From NCBI GenBank assembly GCA_030608385.1, contig JAUWEG010000002.1, forward strand, positions 28,879 through 52,878: a DNA stretch of 24,000 nucleotides. The letters run 5' to 3'. Each line of letters starts with the position of its first letter. Position 1 is the first letter of the stretch. The stretch comes from Candidatus Heimdallarchaeota archaeon (GTDB lineage: Archaea > Asgardarchaeota > Heimdallarchaeia > Heimdallarchaeales > Heimdallarchaeaceae). Under the pieces are notes generated by a model. The model did not search any database and was not told the DNA's origin. It worked only from the letters and a program-made list of their open reading frames with translations. Shown here in pieces: positions 1 through 9,873 of this stretch. Both the position numbers and the translations under genes were made by a program.

Positions 1-845
1 GCTGATACAGCTTCTGCAAAAAGTAAATGATCTGCAGACACAGCTTCAAGTTCAGCGGCCATTAATGCAGCTCCAACATTTTCTAGTTCATCTGCATGTA
101 TTCGAAGTTTAAAACCCATTTTCTTGGATTCATTTAAGAAGTGTTGAGATTCTTCAACAGAAAAAGCCCCCTTATCTGTCCAAATGTCAACATATTCTGC
201 GAGATTTTGATGTTTTATCTGAGGTAATAACTGAATCATACTCTCAATGTATTCCCATTGATTCCCAAGATAGTCAGCAGGTTTGATATGACAACCGAGG
301 AATGTAGGAACGATATCAATTGGATGCTTTTCATTAACGCTCTGAATTACTTCAAGAATCTTTATTTCACTTTTTGCATCCAAACCATATCCTGATTTAG
401 CTTCAATTGTTGTTGTTCCATGTAAAAGCATTTCATCCAACCTTTTAAGAGCCAATGCTTCTAGTTCTAGTTTTGAAGCTTCTCTTGTCTTGTTAACTGA
501 AAACATTATTCCACCACCACTTTGAGCGATTTCTAGATAAGATTTACCTTGTATTTTCATTCTCAGTTCATGAGATCTATCTCCTGCAAAAACCAGATGA
601 GTATGAGAATCAACAAAACTTGGACATACAGTTTTCTTTTTCTTACAATCAATTATCTCATAATCAAATTTCGAATAGTTGGATAAAATTGTTGAAGTTT
701 CTCCAATTGCTTCAATAAGACCATTCTTGATTACAACAGCATCTGGTATTTCGTTAGAATAGATTGGTTCATAATTTGAAACAGGTCCCAGATATAGTTC
801 TGAAGCATTTGAAATGACAATTCCTTCTTTTTGTGAATTCTGCAT
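1..845 (-). CDS. hutI: Imidazolonepropionase (HutI), N-terminal ~281 codons; C-terminus lies beyond the window edge
   Basis: Not in the ORF track because it is truncated by the window edge. My reverse-strand translation from the ATG (complement of 843-845) reads MQNSQKEGIVISNASELYLGP...CPSFVDSHTHLVFAGDRSHELRMKIQGKSYLEIAQSGGGIMFSV...TTIEAKSGYGL...LRIHADEL. These are the metal-binding HxH, GGGI, EAKSGYGL and HADE blocks typical of amidohydrolase-fold HutI. A histidine ammonia-lyase gene is adjacent on the same strand. Confidence 0.8.
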   Translation of the reverse strand, partial: MQNSQKEGIVISNASELYLGPVSNYEPIYSNEIPDAVVIKNGLIEAIGETSTILSNYSKFDYEIIDCKKKKTVCPSFVDSHTHLVFAGDRSHELRMKIQGKSYLEIAQSGGGIMFSVNKTREASKLELEALALKRLDEMLLHGTTTIEAKSGYGLDAKSEIKILEVIQSVNEKHPIDIVPTFLGCHIKPADYLGNQWEYIESMIQLLPQIKHQNLAEYVDIWTDKGAFSVEESQHFLNESKKMGFKLRIHADELENVGAALMAAELEAVSADHLLFAEAVS

Positions 846-951
846 CAATCTCAATTTTTAAGCAAAAAAGAAGTTTTTAAAGTTTACTTAAATATTTGAA
901 AAAAGAACAATGGAGAGGAATGAGAATTTATACACATTCCTATAAGTAATT

Positions 952-2475
952 TTAATCTAAACTTCCAATTTCTTTTTCAACTTCTTCAAGAATCTCACAT
1001 GACTTGACAAGAGCTTTCATAGCGTTATGATCATCAAATAATGGTCTATCTTCATCCAAGAATTCAACATGTCTTCGAATAACTTCTTTAGCTTTAGTAA
1101 CACCCTTACCAAACTCAAATTCTCTGAAGTCTAATGCTTGTGCTGCAGCCATGAGCTCAATGCCTAAAACTCCGTAAGCATTATCCATTATTTGGAAATT
1201 CTTGAGTGCTGTATTCATACCCATAGAAACAAAATCTTCTTGGTCAGCAGCTGCGGGTATAGATTGTATACTAGCAGGCATCGATAGAATTCTCATTTCT
1301 ACAATTTGCATACCAGCAGTATATTGACTTAACATTAAACCAGACATTAATCCAGCACCTTTTGTTAAGAATGGAGGTAACCCTACACTCAAAGCAGGAT
1401 GATTTAACCTATTCATTCTGCGTTCGGACATTACACAAACCATTGTAATAGCAGCTCCAGCTAAATCCATAGGCAAGCTTACAGGAGTACCTTGAAAATT
1501 AGCACCAGTTAGAGTAAGTTTTTCCTCTGTCAAGAAAACAGGATTATCACCAACACCATTTAATTCAATCTCAACTTGAGATCGACCCCAAGCCAGAGTA
1601 TCATGTACAGCACCTAAAACTTGTGGTGCAGATCGCATTGAATATGCATCTTGTACTTTAACTTTTAGCTTTCCTTCATAAAGAGCTCCACCTTTGAAAA
1701 GCTTAGTGAGAGCTTTTGCACATCTAACAGCTCCAGGAAAACCTCGAATTTCATGAAGTTTAGGTGTATAAGGTTTCAAGTTACCCATTAATGCTTCTAT
1801 CGACATAGCACAAGCGATTTCTGCTTGTTTCATAAAACGTAAAGCATCATATACAAAAATGGCACTCATTGCTGTAAGAAGATTGGAACCGTTAATTGCC
1901 GCTAAACCATCTCTTGCCTGTAAACCAGGTATTTCAATACCTGCTCTATCCATAGCTTCTTTTCCTGGCAGTAATTCTCCTTTATAAAAAGCTCGACCTT
2001 CACCCATCAATAATAGAGCAATTTGTGACATTGGAGCCAAATCTCCAGAAGCACCTACAGACCCTTTTTCACAAACTTCAGGAGTAACTCCTTTATTTAG
2101 CATTTCAACATATGTTTCAGCAATAATAGGTCTATTTCCAGAATAACCATTTGCTAAAACATTTATTCTGCCTAGCATTGCTCCGCGAATATGCTCTATT
2201 GGAGCAGCTTCTCCAATTCCAGCAGCATGATTATATATCAAATATTTCTGAAATAGCAAAACTTCATCACCTGTTAGGACCACTTCAGAAAATTCTCCTA
2301 TTCCTGTTGTAATTCCATACATAATTTCATTTGCTGCAATTTTCTCTTCAAGCATTTCTCTGCATTTTCTCATTCGTTCCATTGCATCTGGATGGATTTC
2401 CACTTTTTCATTATGTCGTGCAACATTGACAACATCTTCAATTTTTAGCCCTTTTCCAGTAATCACATAAGTCAT
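952..2475 (-). CDS. hutH: MIO-dependent histidine ammonia-lyase family protein (paralog 1)
   Basis: 507 aa. Contains the MIO-forming Ala-Ser-Gly triad in GSVGASGDLAPMSQIA, plus YGITTGIG, LAAINGS, QDAYSMRSAPQV, GANFQGTP and QEDFVSMG blocks of the HAL/PAL lyase family. It lies 106 nt from hutI on the same strand. Confidence 0.85.
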   Translation of the reverse strand: MTYVITGKGLKIEDVVNVARHNEKVEIHPDAMERMRKCREMLEEKIAANEIMYGITTGIGEFSEVVLTGDEVLLFQKYLIYNHAAGIGEAAPIEHIRGAMLGRINVLANGYSGNRPIIAETYVEMLNKGVTPEVCEKGSVGASGDLAPMSQIALLLMGEGRAFYKGELLPGKEAMDRAGIEIPGLQARDGLAAINGSNLLTAMSAIFVYDALRFMKQAEIACAMSIEALMGNLKPYTPKLHEIRGFPGAVRCAKALTKLFKGGALYEGKLKVKVQDAYSMRSAPQVLGAVHDTLAWGRSQVEIELNGVGDNPVFLTEEKLTLTGANFQGTPVSLPMDLAGAAITMVCVMSERRMNRLNHPALSVGLPPFLTKGAGLMSGLMLSQYTAGMQIVEMRILSMPASIQSIPAAADQEDFVSMGMNTALKNFQIMDNAYGVLGIELMAAAQALDFREFEFGKGVTKAKEVIRRHVEFLDEDRPLFDDHNAMKALVKSCEILEEVEKEIGSLD

Positions 2476-2639
2476 ATTATTATCCCTTTTTTTTGAATTT
2501 AAGAAAACTAAGAATGCTTTGTTTAAAATATTTCCCCAATGTAACTGAAAACAAAAAACTAGTGAACATCAGGATGATTGAAGAAATTGGGGAAAGCATA
2601 ATGAATAAATAATATAGAATGTAGGAATATTAGATAATC

Positions 2640-4181
2640 ATGAACCAAGAAATTGTAGTTCTAGACGGAGATTCCTTAACTATAGATTCTTTGATCGAAA
2701 TTACACGATTTAGAAAAAAAGTTAAAATCAGTGAGGAAGGAACAAGAAAAATAAAAGAAGCAAGGGTAATTATTGAAGCTAAACATGATAAAAACGAAAC
2801 TATTTATGGTGTATCTACAGGTATTGGAAAACTGTCCAATACAATCATTTCTCCTTCTGAAAGAGAAATTCTTCAAAAGAATTTGATCAAATCACATAGC
2901 ATTGGATTTGGTCCTAATCTTCCCGATGAAATAGTTTTAGGTGCCATGGTTATAGAGTTGAATTCATTTTGTAGAGGAGGGAGCGGTGTTCGAATAGAAA
3001 TTACTGAAATGCTTGAAAAACTGATTAATGAGAGAATCATACCTCTTGTACCCAGTATAGGCTCTCTGGGAGCTAGTGGGGATCTCTCACCTCTTGCATA
3101 TATAGCTAGAATTTTGATTGGAGAAGGAAAAGCAAAGTTAGATGGTAAAGTACTCAAAGGTTCCGAAATTCTTGCTGAACTTGATTTGTCTCCTATAGAA
3201 CTTAAAGCTAAAGAAGGATTATCATTAATTAATGGAACACATGTACTAACTTCTTTTGCAGCACATGCTGTTTCTGATTCTATGAATATTTTAGAAAACT
3301 CAGTTATTACAGTTGGTTTAACTTTGGAAGCCTTCGAAGGCAATATTAGTGCATTTTCCTCTTTTATAATGGATTTACGACCACACGTAGGACAAATGAG
3401 ATTCGCTAAAGCTATTTTGGATATTCTTAAGGGCAGTGATTTGCTAAGTAATCAACCAAAAAGAATTCAAGATCCTTATTCTATCAGATGTTCTCCACAG
3501 GTTCATGGAGCGATACTAGATGTTGTAGAGCACTGCAAGAATCTAGTAGAAATTGAAATTAATTCAACAACTGACAATCCTCTAGTCTGCTTAGAAACTT
3601 CAAAAGTTGTTTCTGGGGGAAATTTCCATGGAGAACCTATAGGTCTTGCTATGGATTATTTGTGCATAGCTATGACAGAATTAGGAAATATCTCTGAAAG
3701 AAGGGTAAACCTTTTACTAGATTCAACAATATCAGGACTTCCATCTTTCTTGATACAAAAACCTGGTTTAAACTCAGGTTTAATGATGATACAATATGTA
3801 GATGCAGCGATAGCTGCTGAAAATAAAATATTAGCTTCTCCTGCTTCAATCGATAATATATCAGTTTCAGCTAATCAAGAAGACCATGTTTCTATGGGTC
3901 TCACTGCAAGCAAGAAAGCGTATCAATTAGTCAAGAATGTTGTGCAAATGATAGCCATTGAATTTTATACTGCATATCAAGCATTAGGATTTAAAGAAGA
4001 TTTGAATAATGTTTCTGAAGCTGTACAAGAGATATATGAAATAGTAAGAAAAGATATTCCTCCATTGAAGGAAGATAGATTCTTTGATGAAGAAGTGAAA
4101 TGGATTTCTGAAAGAATAGATAATCAAGTATTTACTAAAATGGTTAAAGATAAAATGGGGCGTATTTTAGGTGATAATTAG
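2640..4181 (+). CDS. MIO-dependent histidine/aromatic amino acid ammonia-lyase family protein (paralog 2)
   Basis: 513 aa. Contains GSLGASGDLSPLAYIA (ASG triad), YGVSTGIG, LSLINGT, QDPYSIRCSPQVHG, GGNFHGEP and NQEDHVSMG, which are closer to canonical HAL blocks than paralog 1. It is divergent from paralog 1 across a 164-nt spacer. Confidence 0.85.
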   Translation: MNQEIVVLDGDSLTIDSLIEITRFRKKVKISEEGTRKIKEARVIIEAKHDKNETIYGVSTGIGKLSNTIISPSEREILQKNLIKSHSIGFGPNLPDEIVLGAMVIELNSFCRGGSGVRIEITEMLEKLINERIIPLVPSIGSLGASGDLSPLAYIARILIGEGKAKLDGKVLKGSEILAELDLSPIELKAKEGLSLINGTHVLTSFAAHAVSDSMNILENSVITVGLTLEAFEGNISAFSSFIMDLRPHVGQMRFAKAILDILKGSDLLSNQPKRIQDPYSIRCSPQVHGAILDVVEHCKNLVEIEINSTTDNPLVCLETSKVVSGGNFHGEPIGLAMDYLCIAMTELGNISERRVNLLLDSTISGLPSFLIQKPGLNSGLMMIQYVDAAIAAENKILASPASIDNISVSANQEDHVSMGLTASKKAYQLVKNVVQMIAIEFYTAYQALGFKEDLNNVSEAVQEIYEIVRKDIPPLKEDRFFDEEVKWISERIDNQVFTKMVKDKMGRILGDN

Positions 4182-5038
4182 TGAAAATTTCTGTAATCGG
4201 TGATTGTCATGGCAGCAATGCAAACTTGCATCGTATTCTTCGAAAAATAAGAAAAACAGATGCTCTCTTTATTACAGGAGATATTGCAGGAACCATATCC
4301 TATCGTTTGGTTCTAAAGTCTATTCTCAAAAGCAAGAAAATCTCCAGGGAAAAATATACAGAATTGGTTTATGATAAGTATCTTCCCCAATTTATCGAGT
4401 TTCAGAGAAAATCTACAAGAAAAATTTTCAAGATACTCTCAAAAGCAAGTATTCCTGTTTTTTATACTCATGGCAATAGTGATTCCGAAGAAGTTATAGA
4501 AATTTTCAAAGAATATTCTGAAAGCATTCCTCAGTTCTATTATCTAGGAGATTCAACCGTTAAACATGAAAATCTGCTAGTAGTAGGGTATGGATTTTGT
4601 TCTCCAGCTGAATATAGAACACCATTTCAAACACCTGGTGAAAAAGACAAGGAAGAAATATCCAAAGACTTGAGTAAACTTGAAAATAAAATTCTGAAAT
4701 ATGAAAAAAATAAAACGGATCTTCTTATCGGTTTATTTCATGAACCTCCTAAGGACACAAAATTAGATTATATTGGATGGTGTTCTATTCATTCAGGAAG
4801 TGAATTAATTCAAAACCACACTCTCAAAATTCCTTATGATTTGATTTTTGCAGGACACATTCATGAATCACAGAATTATGACATACAAGGAGAAACAATT
4901 TTAGTAAATCCAGGTCCTCTTGTTAATGGAAAATGGGCTATTGTTGATACTGATAAAAGAACCGTTTCTTTGAGAAAAATACCAATAGTGCTCTCTATCA
5001 AAAGTCTAATTTATCGCAGCAGAGAAACCTTCAAGTGA
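4181..5038 (+). CDS. Calcineurin-like metallophosphoesterase
   Basis: 285 aa with the ordered motifs ISVIGDCHG, ITGDI, THGNSD, GLFHEPP and AGHIHE. The GTG start overlaps the upstream TAG stop by 1 nt (TAGTG at 4179-4183). Confidence 0.7.
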   Translation: MKISVIGDCHGSNANLHRILRKIRKTDALFITGDIAGTISYRLVLKSILKSKKISREKYTELVYDKYLPQFIEFQRKSTRKIFKILSKASIPVFYTHGNSDSEEVIEIFKEYSESIPQFYYLGDSTVKHENLLVVGYGFCSPAEYRTPFQTPGEKDKEEISKDLSKLENKILKYEKNKTDLLIGLFHEPPKDTKLDYIGWCSIHSGSELIQNHTLKIPYDLIFAGHIHESQNYDIQGETILVNPGPLVNGKWAIVDTDKRTVSLRKIPIVLSIKSLIYRSRETFK

Positions 5039-5114
5039 AATCTTAATGATATGACCAAAAATTTAATAAAGATTCAATTTTACTGTAATTTACTCAAAAG
5101 TAGTAAAAAGAGAG

Positions 5115-6257
5115 ATGTATATGATACCTGTTGTTGATGTTGACATTAAAGAACCTGAATTGAAAGCAGTTCAAGATGTAGTTAAGAGCAAATATCTTGT
5201 TGAAGGTAAGAATGCGAGATCGTTTGAGGAAAAATTTTCTAAGTTTAGTGGAGCTAAATTTACTTCAACTGTTGTAAATGGAACATGTGCTTTACACCTA
5301 GCTATGGTTGCTCTGGATATCGGTCCCAAGGATGAAGTAATCACAACCCCTTTTACATTTGTTGCATCTTCTAACACAATTCTCTTCTCTGGGGCTATAC
5401 CAGTATTTGTAGATATAGACAGAGAAACATACAACATAGATCCAGAAAAAATTGAAGAAAAAATCACTGAAAATACAAAAGCAATAATGCCAGTTCATAT
5501 TTTTGGAAATCCATGTGACATGAAAGCAATTATGGACATAGCTGAGGATCGAGATTTAATTGTGATTGAAGATTGTGCACAAGGTCACGGTGCAACAATT
5601 GACGATACTCATGTCGGGAATTTTGGAAGTATTGGATGTTTTTCATTTTATGGAAGCAAAAATCTAGTAGGGGGAGAAGGGGGAGCAGTTATAACAAATG
5701 ATGAAGAATTAGCTGAAAAAATAAAAAGCATAAAGAATCACGGAAGAAGCCCTGCGGGAGGATACGCGCATTATTTCATAGGATTTAACTATCGGATGAC
5801 AGATTTGACTGCAGCTATAATGAATGTTCAAATGGATAGAGCACAAGAAATACTATCAAAGAGACATGATACAGGAGATAAATATAGAGAGGGATTGAGT
5901 GAACTAGAAGATTTAAGAATCCAAAAAGTTTTTTCTGGTCATCAACATTCTGATTATATTATGGCACCTGTTATTTTAAACAAAAAGTTTTCACAAAATG
6001 AAGTTATTGAGTACTTGAAAGGCAAAAATATTGGGTCTAGAGCTATTTACAATAAGCTTTCCTATCAACAACCTTGCTATTTAGATCTATCAAAGTGGCA
6101 TTTATCAAGAGTTATTGATTATCCAGATTATTCAAAAATTAAATGCTCAAACTCCGAGTTTGTAGCACAAAACCACTTTGAAATTCCAATGGTTACGTCT
6201 CTAACAGATGAATCTATCACATATATAATAGAAACGCTTAGTGAGTTTTTCAATTAA
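5115..6257 (+). CDS. DegT/DnrJ/EryC1/StrS-family PLP-dependent (sugar) aminotransferase
   Basis: 380 aa. Contains FEEKFSKFSGAKF..VVNGTCALHLAMVALDIGPKDEVITTPFTF, PVFVDID..TYNID, TKAIMPVHIFG, VIEDCAQGHGA and FSFYGSKNL (PLP lysine), which is the family's typical layout. Confidence 0.85.
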   Translation: MYMIPVVDVDIKEPELKAVQDVVKSKYLVEGKNARSFEEKFSKFSGAKFTSTVVNGTCALHLAMVALDIGPKDEVITTPFTFVASSNTILFSGAIPVFVDIDRETYNIDPEKIEEKITENTKAIMPVHIFGNPCDMKAIMDIAEDRDLIVIEDCAQGHGATIDDTHVGNFGSIGCFSFYGSKNLVGGEGGAVITNDEELAEKIKSIKNHGRSPAGGYAHYFIGFNYRMTDLTAAIMNVQMDRAQEILSKRHDTGDKYREGLSELEDLRIQKVFSGHQHSDYIMAPVILNKKFSQNEVIEYLKGKNIGSRAIYNKLSYQQPCYLDLSKWHLSRVIDYPDYSKIKCSNSEFVAQNHFEIPMVTSLTDESITYIIETLSEFFN

Positions 6258-6359
6258 AACAGTTGAGATATCATTTTTTTTCTCTTTTCACTATATTTTT
6301 ACCTAATAAAGACCAAGGATTCTTTCGAAAAGCTTTTTTGACTATAGTGAGAATAATGA

Positions 6360-7274
6360 ATGAGTATAATGAGTGATATTGGTAGTGATGATTTTCCTCT
6401 ATACATGTCTTCAGTCAAAGTTGAAGAAACTGACAAAGCAGAAATTATCGTAATCTATGAGGGAGATGGAACTGGAATAGATAACGTCTTACTCATAGGT
6501 AAGAACAATAATTTACCTCAAGACATATCAAAAGCAACTCTATTTGTAAAAGAAGACAAGGTAGGGAAAGCAGCATATAAAATTGCATTTCCTATTTGGG
6601 AGGATGGTTCCTTTCAAGCAGTAGTTGAAAGAGAAGGAAAATATATCTACGAGCCAGGTGAAGCTCATAACATAGTCTTCCGTGGTCGGGGAATATTTCT
6701 AGATCTCCGTAAAATTTTCCATTTAGCAAAGGAGATAGAGAAACCAAAGAAAAAGACTAAGAAAAAAGAGAAAATAGTTATCGAGGAATCTATTCCTAAA
6801 AAGACTGAAGTAAAACAAACTGAACCACCTGCTTATGATGATTACAACATGTTAACTCTCAAACCAAAAAATTTCAGAATTTTTGGACCCGAACTTAAGG
6901 GTAATTTAATTCAAGCACTTGACTATCTTGAAAATGAAAAAAGCCAATCAATGATCTTCGATAATGTTATCCTTCCAGATTTAGCCAGGTCACTGAAAAT
7001 CTGTATAAATGAGGAACTAAGGGCATCGGTTTATGATGTCTGTTTTCCAGTAATTATCTTCATCGAAAAAGCACTAATTCTTAGTAATATGATCCACAAC
7101 CAATTAGAGAAAGAGGAATCAAAAGAGAGATACAAAAGAGAGGTTGTAGATAAGATTCCAGAAGTTAGAAAGACTATACAAGTGACAGAATTTCATCGTG
7201 CTACAGATTTAATAAAACGAGACTACGATGATGATATTCATGCTTTGAAAATGCGATTTTACGAGGAAATCTAA
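6360..7274 (+). CDS. Hypothetical protein: beta-rich N-terminal domain, Lys-rich linker, helical C-terminal domain
   Basis: 304-aa ORF with protein-like composition and no competing frame. I recognise no motif. The linker reads EKPKKKTKKKEK and is followed by PPAY. Confidence 0.5.
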   Translation: MSIMSDIGSDDFPLYMSSVKVEETDKAEIIVIYEGDGTGIDNVLLIGKNNNLPQDISKATLFVKEDKVGKAAYKIAFPIWEDGSFQAVVEREGKYIYEPGEAHNIVFRGRGIFLDLRKIFHLAKEIEKPKKKTKKKEKIVIEESIPKKTEVKQTEPPAYDDYNMLTLKPKNFRIFGPELKGNLIQALDYLENEKSQSMIFDNVILPDLARSLKICINEELRASVYDVCFPVIIFIEKALILSNMIHNQLEKEESKERYKREVVDKIPEVRKTIQVTEFHRATDLIKRDYDDDIHALKMRFYEEI

Positions 7275-8437
7275 TCATTGTTTTGAACATTAATTTTTGT
7301 CAATTTATATTGATGATATGCAATTAGAACTTTTACATAACCATTTCTTATATCCGGAATATCTACTGGAGAATCAAGATCTAACTCCAGTTGTTCTATA
7401 GTTTCTAGTTTTTGCTCCGAAGAGAGGATTACAAATTTGAAGCTTTTCGCGTTTAGTAAAACTCTAGAACTTATTTGTTGGTTCCCACGACCCAAAAGAA
7501 AGCCTTGACCACCAATTGGTGTTAGTATAATAGATATATCTTTCCCTTTTGTAAGTTCATATAGTGTCGCTTCAGAAATATCTCTATTTACTATTTTTCC
7601 ATCCTCAAAGAGATCTACACCCAACAAGGTTTTCTCTATATTCATCGCTTTCATTACATGATAAATAGTACTTCCTGTGCCTAATACAACTATTCCATCG
7701 TTAATTGAATGTTCTTCCTTAAGCTCAAGTGCCATTACTTCATATGTTTCAACAGAGGTAACTGATGATGAGATTTTGCCTCCCTGTATTAACCCAGTTT
7801 TCTGAGGAACCATTAAATGACCGAATAGAGTAGCATGTACTTTATTTTCTCTAAATAATGCCTCATTTACATCCATAACATCTTCAGCAGTTATTACTAG
7901 CTCATCTGCAACAAGATCAACCATGATTTCACCTAAATCTTGAGGATGATAGAGAAAACACCCACTAAACATTTTTACTCCTGAAGGAATTCCCAAAGTA
8001 GGTATTTTATCAGCGATTACAGATGCAACATCTCTAGCTGTTCCATCACCACCTACAAAGAGTACCAAATCAACTTCATTTTCTAGAAAAATTTGGCAAG
8101 CTTTTTGCGTATCTTGAGCTGCAGTTCTATCTTTAGAAGGAGTGTAAATCAAGATTTTCTCGAAAGGATACTCTTCCAATATTTCTGCGCCCATTGGATT
8201 ATCACAATAATAAAAAGTAAGAGGTAACGAGGACGATAATGAAGATAGTGCTTTTTTCACTCTTTCAAAGGAATATTTCTCCCCACCCTCAAAATACTCC
8301 CATGCATCTTCAATTAAATCAGTTCCTTTCCAGCCTTTCTTCCCACCTATTCCTGCAATAGGATTAACCAGAAAACCTATTTTGAATGACACATGTTTCT
8401 GTAAAACAAAGATTAGATTAAGTTTTTTATCCGACAT
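7271..8437 (-). CDS. ATP-NAD kinase / diacylglycerol kinase-fold family protein (archaeal predicted polyphosphate/ATP-NAD kinase type)
   Basis: 388 aa with N-terminal FLVNPIAGIGGKKGWKGTD and VLFVGGDGTARDV (GGDGT motif). Its stop overlaps the stop of the convergent gene (7271-7274). Confidence 0.65.
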   Translation of the reverse strand: MSDKKLNLIFVLQKHVSFKIGFLVNPIAGIGGKKGWKGTDLIEDAWEYFEGGEKYSFERVKKALSSLSSSLPLTFYYCDNPMGAEILEEYPFEKILIYTPSKDRTAAQDTQKACQIFLENEVDLVLFVGGDGTARDVASVIADKIPTLGIPSGVKMFSGCFLYHPQDLGEIMVDLVADELVITAEDVMDVNEALFRENKVHATLFGHLMVPQKTGLIQGGKISSSVTSVETYEVMALELKEEHSINDGIVVLGTGSTIYHVMKAMNIEKTLLGVDLFEDGKIVNRDISEATLYELTKGKDISIILTPIGGQGFLLGRGNQQISSRVLLNAKSFKFVILSSEQKLETIEQLELDLDSPVDIPDIRNGYVKVLIAYHQYKLTKINVQNND

Positions 8438-8460
8438 GAATGAAAAAGAAAATAGAATCG

Positions 8461-9015
8461 TTACTTATCTTCTTTATCTTTCTTAATTTTCTTAATCCCT
8501 AGATATTGGAAAACAGAGGCTATTATTGGTACTATAAGTTGCATCCAAAAGACAGTATAATCATAAGGTAGATTCCGATTTATGTGGATGAATAAATCGT
8601 TGGACATTGTGCCGAGTACAGAATCTGTTAGCAGAGGCTCTGGTATTTGAAACACTAGATCAACTGCGAACTGTGTTAAAGGCAGGATTGCACCAAGTAC
8701 TAAGAGTATTGTAATTAAAGGCAATATGAAAGTATAGAGTTTTTTTGGATGTCTATAAGTTAGATAAACAAGGTTTCCAAAGAATAGTAGAGTTCCTACA
8801 ACAAAGATTAATCCTATAACCAGTATTAGAATTAAAGTTGGTTTAAGATCATATAAATAAACAGTCAAACTGGTTAATTTGAATTGTTTAAGATGAGAAT
8901 ATAGTTTAAAGAAATGAATTATGTCTACAGCAAAAAGGAAAGATGTTAAAAGCCAGAGTACGGCAGATGTTATTCCATAAATATTTTTGGAGAAGATTCT
9001 ATAATCATGCTTCAT
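8461..9015 (-). CDS. Hypothetical polytopic membrane protein
   Basis: 184 aa with about 5 hydrophobic helices and a Lys-rich C-terminal tail (KKIKKDKEDK). Function unknown. Confidence 0.5.
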   Translation of the reverse strand: MKHDYRIFSKNIYGITSAVLWLLTSFLFAVDIIHFFKLYSHLKQFKLTSLTVYLYDLKPTLILILVIGLIFVVGTLLFFGNLVYLTYRHPKKLYTFILPLITILLVLGAILPLTQFAVDLVFQIPEPLLTDSVLGTMSNDLFIHINRNLPYDYTVFWMQLIVPIIASVFQYLGIKKIKKDKEDK

Positions 9016-9020
9016 TTCTC

Positions 9021-9410
9021 TTAACCCCCAGTTTCAGTAGCTGATCTTTTCTTAACCGGAAAATACAAATTTAGTATCTTACCTATAGATAGTTCTTTAC
9101 TCAATTTTTTCTCAATGATTTTCACATGAAGTTGATATGTTATGAATAAACCAGCTATAATTACGAAATAAGCTAATACGGAAAAAGCTGGATCAATAGA
9201 TAAAGCAGTAGGGTCTGCATCTAAAAAGAACATTGGATAACCAAACATTGAAACAATCCAAATAATTCCCCACATACTGAAGTTCAATATGAATGCACTA
9301 AATGTCCATTCTCCAATAATAGCTGTGAAGAGAAAAGCTAGGATAAAGGCTATTAAAACATAAGCAGAACCATAGATCAACAACAGATGCCTTTTCTTAA
9401 ATTCAGTCAC
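9021..9410 (-). CDS. Hypothetical membrane protein
   Basis: 129 aa with 3-4 hydrophobic segments. It lies 5 nt upstream of the next membrane-protein gene on the same strand. Confidence 0.5.
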   Translation of the reverse strand: MTEFKKRHLLLIYGSAYVLIAFILAFLFTAIIGEWTFSAFILNFSMWGIIWIVSMFGYPMFFLDADPTALSIDPAFSVLAYFVIIAGLFITYQLHVKIIEKKLSKELSIGKILNLYFPVKKRSATETGG

Positions 9411-9873
9411 AAACTAAAGAAAGATGAGACGGTTTTAAGTTTAACTGAATTACATAAAAACAATTAGAAAAAAATAATTTAACACAGTAAAGCAGTTTCT
9501 GCTACAGAGTTGTGATTATATCACATTTTTTCTGTTGAAAAACGCAAAAAAAGCCAAAGTGTGATATATAAATCTATCTTTTTTGCATTTTATTGCACTT
9601 TTTTGAGAAAACTATTTAAGTGAAAATGCCCTAATATTACTACTAGAACATTAGAAACGGGTAAATTCACAGTTTTTACCGATAATGTTGTATACGTATA
9701 AGCGATACGTAGAAAAGTGTCCAAAACCCCGTAAGAAAGCCGTTTTGAACCTCCCAAAACTTTATAAGGGTCAACGTTAGGAAACAGTATCGCTAACAAA
9801 ATTCGACTCTTAGACGAGCTCTAAAGAGTAAGACAACCATTCCAAGTGGTTGAGCATCAAAAAGGTGTAAAAA

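Noticed and set aside
2676-3343. 66-aa and 156-aa minus-strand ORFs inside HAL paralog 2; likewise 5171-5498 inside the aminotransferase and 14149-14630 around or inside the deacetylase gene
   Set aside because: They are antisense to well-supported enzymes and show no recognisable features, so they are shadow ORFs.
6360-7274. PPAY (PPxY late-domain-like) motif in the linker of the 304-aa hypothetical protein, considered as an ESCRT/Nedd4-type recruitment signal
   Set aside because: A four-residue motif is expected by chance. No WW-domain or HECT protein is seen in the window, and the gene is 9 kb and many unrelated genes away from the ESCRT locus.
9421-9448. Possible C/D-box sRNA (AAGATGA ... 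CTGA)
   Set aside because: The C-box is imperfect, the spacer to the CTGA is 17 nt rather than about 12 nt, and no C'/D second half or terminal stem follows.
9590-9799. 69-aa minus-strand ORF in the long intergenic region
   Set aside because: The region shows RNA-like hairpins rather than coding periodicity, the sequence has odd composition, and it lies in a divergent promoter region. It is kept only as part of the intergenic-region observation.
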